A stretch of 64,000 bases of DNA. Origin: Bacteroidales bacterium (lineage in GTDB: Bacteria; Bacteroidota; Bacteroidia; Bacteroidales; VadinHA17). The notes beneath the pieces were generated by a model. It did not search any database. It was not told where the DNA came from and saw only the letters and a program-made list of their open reading frames with translations. The position numbers and the translations under genes are program-made. This document shows, piece after piece, positions 18,441 to 28,154 of this stretch; within the stretch, counting starts at the first letter, position 1; every line of letters begins with the position of its first letter. The stretch is from positions 2,365 to 66,364 of the forward strand of contig PLNF01000096.1 in the NCBI GenBank assembly GCA_003141715.1, in the 5' to 3' direction.

Positions 18441-19151
18441 CTAATTTCCAAAAACTTTTTTAAGCAACTCTGATGTCCTGGCCATAGGATCCTTACGGAT
18501 CTTTAATTCTTCTTTTGCAATCATAATAAAGAGACCATCAATGGCTTTTTGGGTGACATACTGAGTAAGATTTGGATTCATTTTTTTAACCATTGGAATC
18601 TTATTATAGATTGTAATCAGATCGCTCCAGTATCTGGTGGCATTAACATTATCGAGCGAAGTTTTAATTATGGGCTGAAATTTGTCAATAAGCTCAGGTG
18701 ATGTGGTATTCTTCAGGTACATAGTGGCTGCATTATCTGCTCCTTTCACAATATTGATTGCATCTCTGACGGTCATGTCTTTTATAGCGGTTATAAAAAT
18801 AGGTTTTGCTTCGCTGGCAGCTTTTTCAGCAGCCCTGTTCATGGATTCATTAAATTCATCCACTTTTTTACCCATTCCCATTGCCCTAAGTTTTGATTCC
18901 ATCTCCTTTGCTTCAGAAGGGAAGGGAATTTTAATTTCAGGATTGCCCCAATATCCATTAAGCACAGAGACCAGTTTCACACTTTCACCTGTGCCATTTA
19001 CCAGCGCTTCTTTAATACCATTGGCTGCATCCTTTTCAGTCAGCCCCTTGTTCTTAGAGTTAAGTAATCTTTTTGCATCCTTTAAAAACTGAGCTTCTAT
19101 TTGTTGGATACTAAGAAGTGCTATAATTAGAAGGAAACCGATCTTTTTCAT
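18441..19151 (-). CDS. DUF4197-family exported protein
   Basis: 236-aa ORF with a signal peptide. LTEKDAANGIKEAL...GNPEIKIPFP...ATRYWSDL is the pattern I associate with DUF4197. Confidence 0.7.
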   Translation of the reverse strand: MKKIGFLLIIALLSIQQIEAQFLKDAKRLLNSKNKGLTEKDAANGIKEALVNGTGESVKLVSVLNGYWGNPEIKIPFPSEAKEMESKLRAMGMGKKVDEFNESMNRAAEKAASEAKPIFITAIKDMTVRDAINIVKGADNAATMYLKNTTSPELIDKFQPIIKTSLDNVNATRYWSDLITIYNKIPMVKKMNPNLTQYVTQKAIDGLFIMIAKEELKIRKDPMARTSELLKKVFGN

Positions 19152-19339
19152 GTTACTTGTAATTGAAGGTTGGAATTACTCATACAAATATCCTGCCAAA
19201 TGATTATATCATGCATTCCCGGTTTATTGTTTGTCCCCTTCTCTATTCTCCGCCATCTTATAAATACATTTTTCTTGAAAATCTGTTGATAAGCCAGGCT
19301 TTAAACACCTTGCATGAGCAATAAAACAAACTTTTATTT

Positions 19340-20098
19340 TCATATAGTCCATAATAATCCGAGATAGGAAGTAAATGTATTATCTTTTGTCAATGTATGG
19401 CCAAAAGAAAAAATGAAATGAAATTTCTCAGAAGGATTAATTGAACCTCCCAGATTGAATCCGGTTTCAGATTTGGTGATTTTAGTATCAGCAGTATGAT
19501 AATAAAGTTCTCCACCCAATGTTATAAACTTTGAAAAGTCGTACTGGATCTCCCAGCCTGAAAATATCCAGTTTTTATTATTAGCACCTTGATTAATCCA
19601 GTAACCAGCTCCTCCGTAAGTAGTCAGTTTTCCCCATGATTTTTGCAACCATACCGGAAGATAGATCTTCATTTTCCCGTCACTGAATTCACTGTTTTTA
19701 ATTGTGGGAATTTCCAGAATAGGGAAGGTACCTATCTGAGGGGCGCTTTCTGTTTCCTGCACAAAACGGTATTTTATTCCAAATTCTGTATCTGCATATC
19801 CGTAATCAGAACCATGAGGTCTTGCATAATCATAATTCATTGGCAATAATAAATGGACCTGAACATTTGGAATCAGCCCGTAATTTAATTCAATATGAGG
19901 AGCTGTTCCGGACCATACTCCGGTCTGCAGGTTATTTATTGATGATATGTAGTACTCCCAATGTTTAAATATGACAGTTTCAGGGTCGTCAGTATCGAAA
20001 GGTGGCCCGGCATAAATCATTTGAGTATTTAAAAAGACATATATGACTGAAAAAACTATATATTTTTTATCAATTTTTGACATATTATGTGATTTCAA
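19340..20098 (-). CDS. Putative outer-membrane beta-barrel transporter (MetA-pathway/phenol-degradation-like family)
   Basis: 252-aa ORF. GPPFDTDDPETV near the N-terminus, alternating beta-strand pattern, aromatic C-terminus (LGLLWTI). Confidence 0.5.
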   Translation of the reverse strand: MKSHNMSKIDKKYIVFSVIYVFLNTQMIYAGPPFDTDDPETVIFKHWEYYISSINNLQTGVWSGTAPHIELNYGLIPNVQVHLLLPMNYDYARPHGSDYGYADTEFGIKYRFVQETESAPQIGTFPILEIPTIKNSEFSDGKMKIYLPVWLQKSWGKLTTYGGAGYWINQGANNKNWIFSGWEIQYDFSKFITLGGELYYHTADTKITKSETGFNLGGSINPSEKFHFIFSFGHTLTKDNTFTSYLGLLWTI

Positions 20099-20241
20099 TA
20101 CTTCAAATATTTTTAAATCAGGCCAACGACTTATTACACAACTTTAATCTTATATAACATGAAAATATGATTTTTGTTTAAACATTGTCTATCATTCTGC
20201 TCCGCAACCTTACTTTAATAGTTATACCTGAAATAAAACCT

Positions 20242-20249
20242 TATCTTTG
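20242..20249 (+). promoter_or_regulatory. Candidate -7 promoter element (TATCTTTG = TAnnTTTG) upstream of the cold-shock gene
   Basis: The motif lies about 49 nt upstream of the ATG at 20298, consistent with the long 5' leaders of cold-shock genes. Confidence 0.3.
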
Positions 20250-20297
20250 ATCAAATTCGTCCGACTGGATAATTATTAACGAACCAAATATCATTTT

Positions 20298-20750
20298 ATG
20301 GGCAGATCGCAGGAAACATCGAACAAAAAAGAAGTAAAAAATAAAAAGGATAAAAAAAGAAAAGAAAAGGAGAAGAAGCGGCTCATCAGAAAAGAGAGTG
20401 GAAAAAGCAGCTTTGCCGATATGATTGCCTATGTTGATGAGTTTGGAAAGATTTCCTCAACACCTCCAGATCCTAACAAAAAGATTGAGGTCCAAGCAGA
20501 TAACATCGAAACCGGAGCTAAGAAAAATATCCCTTCTGCAAAAGCCAGTTACATACGAAAAGGTGTTGTGACTTTTTTCAATGATTCAAAGGGCTTTGGA
20601 TTTATACGTGATATGGAAAATAAACAGAGTGTTTTTGTTCATGCCAACAACCTGCAGGAACCGATCAAAGAGAATAATATTGTCGCTTTTGAAATAGGGA
20701 AAGGGCCTAAAGGGCTGACAGCTTTAAATGTAAGGTTGTTTAAGGAATAA
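20298..20750 (+). CDS. Cold-shock-domain protein with a Lys-rich N-terminal extension
   Basis: 150-aa ORF. GVVTFFNDSKGFGFIRD...VFVHANNL contains the RNP1/RNP2 motifs of a cold-shock domain. The N-terminus reads KKEVKNKKDKKRKEKEKKR. Confidence 0.8.
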   Translation: MGRSQETSNKKEVKNKKDKKRKEKEKKRLIRKESGKSSFADMIAYVDEFGKISSTPPDPNKKIEVQADNIETGAKKNIPSAKASYIRKGVVTFFNDSKGFGFIRDMENKQSVFVHANNLQEPIKENNIVAFEIGKGPKGLTALNVRLFKE

Positions 20751-21045
20751 TAATGTTCATTTGCCTTCGGCGAGTTCACTTCGTTCGGTTCTTTTGCTCC
20801 TCCAAAAGAAAGTAACATGAATTTGTGGCGAACAAAAAATGAACAGAACCCGTTGTGAACATCTTTTAACTATTAAATTAAACAATTCAGGCAAACCATT
20901 GTTCTTATTACAATGATTGACTTGTTATTAAATATGGACCTAACCAGTGATTTCTCTCAGGAAAGAGAAATATCAATCTCACATTTTGCGGTTAATGCAA
21001 CAACTAACCATATCGTTTTTCGCTCACTTTTTTTATGATTTTGTT

Positions 21046-21465
21046 ATGAAAAGTATTTTAAAAAAGATAGTCTCGATCACCTTTTTGCTGACATTGGCTT
21101 TCAAAGTATTTGCTCCAACGAGTGAATCTCTGATCGTTGTCAGAACTTCTCCTCTTGAGCCGTATAAAAGTCTTATTCACGCAATAGGTATGGTCGAAAC
21201 TAAGTACGACACTCTGGCTTATAATCCTCTTGAGAAGGCAGTTGGCTATTTCCAGATACGTCCAATACGTCTTATAGATTACAATAGCAGAACAGGAAGC
21301 ATGTATTCAAGGAATGACTTGTTCAATTATAAAATTTCCGAGAAGATTTTTTTATACTATGCTACTGAGATAGGTCCGTACGATTTAGAACGAATTGCCA
21401 AGACCTGGAACGGTTCAGGTAAGAGTACTATTCTCTACTGGGAACAGGTAAAGAAGTTCCTTTAG
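21046..21465 (+). CDS. Lytic transglycosylase (SLT-domain)-like protein
   Basis: The track ORF starts at 20947, but the MKSILKK methionine at 21046 precedes a signal peptide. AIGMVETKYDTLAYNPLEKAVGYFQI fits the SLT catalytic-Glu pattern. Confidence 0.55.
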   Translation: MKSILKKIVSITFLLTLAFKVFAPTSESLIVVRTSPLEPYKSLIHAIGMVETKYDTLAYNPLEKAVGYFQIRPIRLIDYNSRTGSMYSRNDLFNYKISEKIFLYYATEIGPYDLERIAKTWNGSGKSTILYWEQVKKFL

Positions 21466-21898
21466 GCAACCTGTAATAAAACAGGAACTCATAGCCATTC
21501 CATTTTACCGGGGTGTTTAGACAGGCAATAGCAAAATCATCTTTTATATAAGGTGTTATAAGATCTTTATACCTGGCTATCAAAGGAATGCCGATAAGTA
21601 TAATTGAAAATATTGTCCCGGTTACCAGGAGTATCCATGTAAGGTATTTTTTGAATGTATTCCTGTCATTAACCAGTTCATATACAAAGGAAGCGGCAAA
21701 ATAGGAAAGAGGAAAATATGCGAGAGATGAGTAGTGTACAATTTTTGTTTTTTAAAACCATTAGTATCATATTGTTCAAATTTAAACAGATATTCTGAAT
21801 TCCTGATTCCAGTTAATAAAATGCTGAAATTTTGTAATGAGGTATTTGTGGTATGATTGAACAAGTATACTTAACTTCACGTTTGATAGAAATACATT

Positions 21899-24811
21899 AT
21901 GGAAGAAAGAAATACCACAGGCTGGCAAAAACTGCTGACAGGGTATCCCTGGTTCAGGTGCAAAGGATGTTACGGGATAACAGCTTATTCGGAATTTATG
22001 CCCCCGCCGCGACTGGGCTATAAACCATATGGCAAACCAGATAATCGTATTCTGGAGGAAGATGATCTTTTTGGGTGGAAGATTTCAGAAATGGAAGAGG
22101 AATATGAACTCAAACCCGGGATTGAACATATCGGCCATCAGATAATGAGTAATATTCTGAAACTTGGCATGGGACTTCCAGAGCATTTTATCAGTGGTCA
22201 TGGAGGGGAGAACCTGCTGAATAACCCTTATTGGCCACCAGAACTGGCCTCCCATGCCGGGTCTTTACTGCACGAGAGATATGTGACATTACTGCCACTA
22301 ATGCTTTCCCGTACCCAGGATGATAAGGGAAGAGTTATCTGGACTTTCTTCGGAAACAGCATTCATGAACCTGAACAGGTTTTTTGGAAAAGTTTCTTTA
22401 TTGCACCGGGAATGGAGATATCTGAAACTGAATCAATATCTTTCTTTACAGGATTGTTGTCTGAAGCGTATGGAGAAAAACTAACTGATGGTGAATCTCT
22501 TTATAATGCGGGATTCAGGATAATGACTTCTGAGGGATCTGTACTTCCGGCCTGGACAAAGAAATTTATTGTTGTTGACGATTCATCATTCATGAACGTA
22601 AGATATCTCTTGACATTCAGTCCTTTCAGCATTCTTCCGGAAATAGTTAAAAATAATTATCTCTCAGGGATATTATCTTTGGTTCCGTTTCCGGGGAGTC
22701 TGGTATTCTGGGGCATGCCTGGTTATCTCCGTCTGAAAAAAGAACTTCCGGTAACCGCCCAGATCCCGTTACTGAACCTTGTAGCACGAAACAGGGGAAT
22801 TGGAGGATTGCGGGTGACACAATCAGGATGGCTTCACGAGCCACACGCTGGTAGTAAAGACCTTAAAATGAACGAAAATCTTATAAAAGACACTTACCAT
22901 CGTACCCACCGCTGGCAAAGGGTCCACAGATATCAGGATGAACTGAATGAGGTAGCACATAAGATAAGATTGATAAAAGCATTATTTAGTACTGAACCCG
23001 ATTCTATGGGTTTGTATGACAAGCCATTAGCCTGTAACAGCCAGCTTTGGAACAATAAGTTCGAACTATTGTTAAATGGTCCGAAAGCAGGAAGGAGAAA
23101 AATATTGGAGGTTGAGAAGACCCTTTTAAAAGGAGGACTTTTTGGATACAGGTTCTTTTATCCACCGATGCGCGTCGGGGAGCATGAAATATATTTGCAC
23201 AGGCCTCTTGTGGCTTTTGTCTCGAAAGAATCTGATAAGGTTGAGATAAGGGCTGAATCGCTTTTTGGATATATCACTGGTTATCAAGATAATAACCAGG
23301 AGATGTCAAATCCGGTTGAACTTTGGCCAAGGATGCAGAAGCGCGACCTGTATCTTTCTGCTCTTCATGATTTCAATTCGGTTAATGATCATTATGCTCA
23401 TCAAACTTCTTTCAATATTATCTCCTTGCTAGAGAGCTGGAAGATGCAGAAGCGGAAGCTCTTAAAAAGATCGTTTGCACAAAACCTTTTAAATATTGCA
23501 AAACATAAAACGCTTGAACATTGGTTTGACGAACTGGATACTCATCTTACTTTACCGGAAAAAGCCGGTCAGATCCAGAAGGTTCTTGGAAAAATTATAG
23601 AAGAGCATTATGATTCAACTCTTCCTGAACCACTTACCTTTACTGAAACATCTACACGAAAATTTGAAGAAAATTGGTGGAATGATATAAAATTCCTTGC
23701 ACAAGGCGAATTCATATACAAGGATAATGCAGATATAATGCTTGATGAGACAACTCTTTCATTGGTACTGAAACAACAACGCGATCTTGAACAACTGGGA
23801 GATTATTTTATAGGAAGGTATCGTAAAGTGATAGCTGATGCGGGCATGGAAGGTCAGGCAATGGTGGGAGAATTGCCGTTTAAATGGAATACACTATTTG
23901 ATTTCACACAATATGGAGGTTGGCTGGGAAATCAGAATGGCAATATTCATGAACGAAACTTACTTGTAATTATACCGGGAAAAAACAGAAAGCAGGCAGT
24001 TGTACTTGGAGATCATTATGATACTGCTTATATGGAAGATGTTTATGAAAAAGAACGTGGCGGCTCAGGAGCACGATTAGCAGCAAGGGGTGCCGATGAT
24101 AATTATTCTGCGAGTGCAACACTATTACAGTCAGCGCCCATCCTTTTAAAATTGTCGAAAGAGGGTAAGCTTGAGCGAGATATATGGCTTATACATCTTA
24201 CCGGTGAAGAGTTTCCGTCTGATTGTATGGGCGCCCGCAACCTCTGTCAGTCCCTGGTCGAAAAAAATCTGAATCTGAAAGTGGATGAAAAGACTAATAT
24301 AGACCTTTCAGACACGGAAATTGTTGGACTTTATGTGATGGATATGATAGGTCATAACCGCAATAATGACCAGGATATTTTCCAGATATCACCCGGAAAA
24401 AGTGCTGAATCATTGTACCTTGCATATCAGGCACATCTTGCAAATATGATCTGGAATGAGTGTACTCATAAATGGAACAGGCAACCCGAAAGATTAAATC
24501 TGAGCCGGGGTGAACGAATTAAAGAAATGAAGGAAATACCTGATATTGCCAGGCATCTGGCTTTGAAGGGAGAGGTGCGTACACAGTACAATCCACATAG
24601 TTCACTTTTTAATACCGACGGACAGATATTCTCTGATACAGGTGTTCCAGTGGTGCTTTTTATGGAGAACTACGATATAAACAGGACTGGTTATCACGAC
24701 ACAAAAGATACTCTTGAGAATATCGATCTTGATTACGGTGCAACTCTTGCTGCTATTGCAATTGAAACGGTCGCACGCGTTGCAACATTACCAGAGACTG
24801 GTTTCAGCTAA
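21899..24811 (+). CDS. Large (970 aa) cytoplasmic protein: unknown N-terminal region of about 650 aa plus a C-terminal M28-family metallopeptidase domain
   Basis: No signal peptide. M28 ligand pattern: LGDHYDTAY, GADDNYSASA, HLTGEEFPSDCMG, YVMDMIGHN, TGYHDTKDTLENID. Confidence 0.75.
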   Translation: MEERNTTGWQKLLTGYPWFRCKGCYGITAYSEFMPPPRLGYKPYGKPDNRILEEDDLFGWKISEMEEEYELKPGIEHIGHQIMSNILKLGMGLPEHFISGHGGENLLNNPYWPPELASHAGSLLHERYVTLLPLMLSRTQDDKGRVIWTFFGNSIHEPEQVFWKSFFIAPGMEISETESISFFTGLLSEAYGEKLTDGESLYNAGFRIMTSEGSVLPAWTKKFIVVDDSSFMNVRYLLTFSPFSILPEIVKNNYLSGILSLVPFPGSLVFWGMPGYLRLKKELPVTAQIPLLNLVARNRGIGGLRVTQSGWLHEPHAGSKDLKMNENLIKDTYHRTHRWQRVHRYQDELNEVAHKIRLIKALFSTEPDSMGLYDKPLACNSQLWNNKFELLLNGPKAGRRKILEVEKTLLKGGLFGYRFFYPPMRVGEHEIYLHRPLVAFVSKESDKVEIRAESLFGYITGYQDNNQEMSNPVELWPRMQKRDLYLSALHDFNSVNDHYAHQTSFNIISLLESWKMQKRKLLKRSFAQNLLNIAKHKTLEHWFDELDTHLTLPEKAGQIQKVLGKIIEEHYDSTLPEPLTFTETSTRKFEENWWNDIKFLAQGEFIYKDNADIMLDETTLSLVLKQQRDLEQLGDYFIGRYRKVIADAGMEGQAMVGELPFKWNTLFDFTQYGGWLGNQNGNIHERNLLVIIPGKNRKQAVVLGDHYDTAYMEDVYEKERGGSGARLAARGADDNYSASATLLQSAPILLKLSKEGKLERDIWLIHLTGEEFPSDCMGARNLCQSLVEKNLNLKVDEKTNIDLSDTEIVGLYVMDMIGHNRNNDQDIFQISPGKSAESLYLAYQAHLANMIWNECTHKWNRQPERLNLSRGERIKEMKEIPDIARHLALKGEVRTQYNPHSSLFNTDGQIFSDTGVPVVLFMENYDINRTGYHDTKDTLENIDLDYGATLAAIAIETVARVATLPETGFS

Positions 24812-24877
24812 CTATTATTTTTATTCATTATTTTTTTTCAACTTTAATAATTATTATAACACTAAATTTATTAAACC

Positions 24878-25360
24878 ATGAATATTACATTCAGAACAAC
24901 TCCTGAAAAACGTGATATAAAACGAGTGATGGAAATTGTTGAGTCAACAAAATTCTTTTATGACCACGAGGTTGAAATTGCTGTTGAATTGGTCGCAGAA
25001 CGACTAAGCCAGGGTGAATCAACCGGGTATTATTTCGTTTTTGCAGAAGTCGATGGTGTCACAGCTGCCTATTCCTGCTATGGACCGATCAGCATGTCAA
25101 AAACAAGTTATGATCTTTATTGGATCGCTACTCATAATGATTTCCGTGGAAAAGGTATTGGAAGAAAACTTATTGATGAGACCTGCAATCAGGCAAGAAA
25201 AATGGGATGTAAGATTCTAATTGCCGAAACTTCAGGTTTGGAGCATTATGCCCCTACAAGAGCATTCTACGATAGTAATAAGTTCGAACTGGAAGCCAGA
25301 TTGAAGAACTTTTATGCTGAAGGCGACGATAAACTATTTTATACCAAAAGAATAGATTAG
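24878..25360 (+). CDS. GNAT-family N-acetyltransferase
   Basis: 160-aa ORF with the acetyl-CoA motif FRGKGIGRKLIDE. It lies 66 nt downstream of the M28 gene on the same strand. Confidence 0.8.
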   Translation: MNITFRTTPEKRDIKRVMEIVESTKFFYDHEVEIAVELVAERLSQGESTGYYFVFAEVDGVTAAYSCYGPISMSKTSYDLYWIATHNDFRGKGIGRKLIDETCNQARKMGCKILIAETSGLEHYAPTRAFYDSNKFELEARLKNFYAEGDDKLFYTKRID

Positions 25361-25363
25361 TTA

Positions 25364-25398
25364 CTTGTTGCTCGTTTCTGGTTCTAACGAGCAACAAG
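25364..25398. terminator. 13-bp perfect hairpin between convergent genes
   Basis: cttgttgctcgtt (25364-25376) pairs with aacgagcaacaag (25386-25398), and an A-run follows. A nested alternative pairing exists: tttctggtt with aaccagaaa. Confidence 0.6.
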
Positions 25399-25426
25399 CA
25401 ACCAGAAAAAAGCAATACTGATTAGT

Positions 25427-28015
25427 TTAATTTGCTATATCAACTTTTACAGACGCAGTTTTTAATCCTTTTGATTCAGCCTTAACTATAAATGAACCTG
25501 TTGCACCTTTTTCCGCGGCGATTATTACAAGACACAAACCATTATAAGCTTTCTTTGACTTAGCCTGGAATGACTCATGGCTCGTAGCATCACCGTTATC
25601 GGTTGCAACGATTCTTCCCGGCCCTTCAATGCTGAAAATGAGCTGGTTATTGCTTTTCGGAACAAGGAGCTTATTCTTATCTTCAATCCTTACAGTAATA
25701 TAGATAAGGTCAGTACCATCAGCATGAATAACAGGTCTGTCAGCCGCCATGGATAACACAGATGGTTTATCAGTTGTACGAACTACATCATCTGCCCATT
25801 TAATACCATTCTTATAAGCAATTACTTTAAGTTCACCGGGCTGATATACAACATCATCCCACTTTAGACGGTATTCAAATTCCCCCTTTTTCTTCTTACC
25901 AAGCGATTTGCCATTCAGGAAAAGTTCAGCTTCATCACCCGAAGTATAAACATAAACGGGTGTAACCAAACCTTTTCTTTCGGGCCAGTTCCAGTGAGGG
26001 AAAATATGCGCCATCGGAAGTTCGGGTCTCCATCTTGACTGATAAAGATAGAAGCGATCTTTCTTAAATCCTGCTAAGTCCATTATTCCAAAGTAGCTGC
26101 TGCGGGATGGAACCTCTTTTACACCCTCTTTCTCCAGCATTTTAAGTATTTCGTCGTACCCCCAGGAATTTGGTTTGAGACCAGTCAAATCTCCATAATA
26201 TGGCGTAGGCTCACCTATATAATCAAAGCCTGTCCATACAAACTCGCCCATGGCAGCGGGATATTTATCAAGCATCGTCCATTGCTGGTCGGGTGTGGTT
26301 GCCCAGCCAGGATAAGCTACATCATACGATGTTACCTGGAAAATCCCCTTGCCGGGCAGGTTATTGTCGAGATCACCCTGTACAATCGGGAAAAAGTATT
26401 CACCCCTGGAACTGACTGTTGAAGCTGATTCGGTCGAAATTAGTCCGAGATTAGCATTGTCTTTCAGATCGTAAAACCTCTTATAGTCACCAAGATGGTA
26501 ATTAATGCCAAAAACATCAAGTGTCTTCTGGAACCCATTTGTCCCGGAGTTGCCATTGTCGCAGCCAGATGTTACCGGGCGTGTATTGTCTTCTGACTTG
26601 ACTATTGAATTGAGAGCTGTTGCAAGGTAAGGATTTCCCTGATCAGGAACCTCGTTTCCAATACTCCACATAAACACGGAAGGATGATTCCTGTCGCGGC
26701 GTACCATAGCTTTTAAATCTTCTGAATGCCAGGCATTGAATATGAGATTATAATCTTTTGGTTTTTTACCAATTCTCCATGCATCAAATGCTTCAACCAT
26801 AATAAGAAATCCCATCTTGTCACAAAGATCAACCAGTTCCGGGGCAGGTGGGTTATGACTTGTCCTGATGGCATTGCAACCCATCTCTTTCAGGATTTCG
26901 AGTTGACGTGCTGCAGCACGTGTATTGAAAGCAGCTCCCAGAGCTCCCAGATCATGGTGGTTGCAAACACCCCTTATTTCAACTCTTTTTTCATTGAGGA
27001 GGAAGCCATTGCGTGCTGTAAAATTCAAAGTTCTGAAGCCGAAATTGGTTTCATATCTGTCAGTTACAGTTGTTCCCTGCATCACAATCACAGCTACACG
27101 GTATAGTTCCGGTTTATTTATATTCCATAAAACCGGTTCTTTTACCTGAATATCAAACCTGAAGTCATGATTCTTCATGCCCGGAATTGTTGCGGTGACA
27201 ATACCCGATTCTGCAACAGGTGTAGCCGCAGGTTCAAATTTATCATTCAGTTTATAAACAAGGGCTTTAACTGTAACTGGTACCGGATCATTAAAATGGC
27301 TTTCAACTTCAGCCTGTACGCTCAGCATGCCTCTCTCTTTCTTAATCTCAGGGGTAGTACAGAAAACGCCATTATTTGCAATCTGCAATTGTGAAGTTTT
27401 TACCAGCCAGACATTCCGGTATAGACCTGCCCCCGGGTACCATCTGGAATCCCAGTTCTTGGTGTCGAGTCGTACAGCAATAATATTTTCTTTCCCGATA
27501 ATTATATAAGGTGTAAGATCGAGACGGAAAGAAGTGTAGCCATAAGGCCATTCTCCTACATACTTCCCGTTCAGCCATACTTTAGCATTAGCCATTGCTC
27601 CGTCGAAATCTATATAGATACGTTTTCCTTTATCATTGTCATTAACGATAAAATGTTTCCTGTACCATCCGATCCCTTTCCATGGTAAAAGTCCGGTATT
27701 GTTCTCAAGCGTATCGCTGAACGGGCCCTCGATTGCCCAGTCGTGTGGCAGATCCAATGACCTCCAGTTATTGTCGTTGACTGAAGGGAGCTGCAGGTTT
27801 TCAGGCTCCTTATCAGTTGTAACAGCTTCATCAGAGGCATTAAAATACTTTACGAATTTCCAACCCTGGTTAAATGATTCTCGTGACCGTGGTGATTCCT
27901 GTGCTATTAAAGCATCACTGATACAGATCGTTATCATAATCATCAAAAATGATAAGATTGATATTCTTTTCATATTATGCTTTTTAGAATTTTTCTCTAA
28001 AGTAGTCAAATCCAT
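25427..28015 (-). CDS. Glycoside hydrolase family 2 (beta-galactosidase-type)
   Basis: 862-aa ORF. NAIRTSHNPP, WSIGNE (acid/base region), sugar-binding and Ig-like segments. The probable true start is the MKRISILSFLMIM methionine at 27973, which gives a signal peptide. Confidence 0.85.
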   Translation of the reverse strand: MDLTTLEKNSKKHNMKRISILSFLMIMITICISDALIAQESPRSRESFNQGWKFVKYFNASDEAVTTDKEPENLQLPSVNDNNWRSLDLPHDWAIEGPFSDTLENNTGLLPWKGIGWYRKHFIVNDNDKGKRIYIDFDGAMANAKVWLNGKYVGEWPYGYTSFRLDLTPYIIIGKENIIAVRLDTKNWDSRWYPGAGLYRNVWLVKTSQLQIANNGVFCTTPEIKKERGMLSVQAEVESHFNDPVPVTVKALVYKLNDKFEPAATPVAESGIVTATIPGMKNHDFRFDIQVKEPVLWNINKPELYRVAVIVMQGTTVTDRYETNFGFRTLNFTARNGFLLNEKRVEIRGVCNHHDLGALGAAFNTRAAARQLEILKEMGCNAIRTSHNPPAPELVDLCDKMGFLIMVEAFDAWRIGKKPKDYNLIFNAWHSEDLKAMVRRDRNHPSVFMWSIGNEVPDQGNPYLATALNSIVKSEDNTRPVTSGCDNGNSGTNGFQKTLDVFGINYHLGDYKRFYDLKDNANLGLISTESASTVSSRGEYFFPIVQGDLDNNLPGKGIFQVTSYDVAYPGWATTPDQQWTMLDKYPAAMGEFVWTGFDYIGEPTPYYGDLTGLKPNSWGYDEILKMLEKEGVKEVPSRSSYFGIMDLAGFKKDRFYLYQSRWRPELPMAHIFPHWNWPERKGLVTPVYVYTSGDEAELFLNGKSLGKKKKGEFEYRLKWDDVVYQPGELKVIAYKNGIKWADDVVRTTDKPSVLSMAADRPVIHADGTDLIYITVRIEDKNKLLVPKSNNQLIFSIEGPGRIVATDNGDATSHESFQAKSKKAYNGLCLVIIAAEKGATGSFIVKAESKGLKTASVKVDIAN

Positions 28016-28093
28016 GGAATCAGTGATACTTCATACTCTGATAAAATTCACAACCTTTACAGCTTCTAAAGCCTTTATGGCTTTTATTGACTA

Positions 28094-28135
28094 TTACTTT
28101 TATCTTTTTACTTTTATCTTTTTACTTTTGTCTTT
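28094..28135. repeat. 14-bp tandem repeat x3 (ttacttttatcttt) in a divergent intergenic region
   Basis: Read directly. The third copy has one substitution, and the array ends 20 nt before the ATG at 28155. Confidence 0.85.
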
Positions 28136-28154
28136 TATCTTAATACTCTCTTCA

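Noticed and set aside
21622-21864. 80-aa minus-strand ORF between the transglycosylase-like gene and the M28 gene
   Set aside because: - It has no motif and odd composition.
- A neighbouring frame looks membrane-protein-like (..FAASFVYELVNDRNTFKKYLTWILLVTGTIFSIILIGIPLIARY..) but has no start codon, so it is at best a gene remnant.
- This is not enough to call a feature.
27636-28154. N-terminal 173 codons of the 727-aa track ORF for the M1 peptidase
   Set aside because: - This part overlaps the 5' end of the GH2 gene on the other strand, then crosses the T-rich tandem repeat.
- The methionine at 28155 gives a canonical signal peptide, so the extension is spurious.
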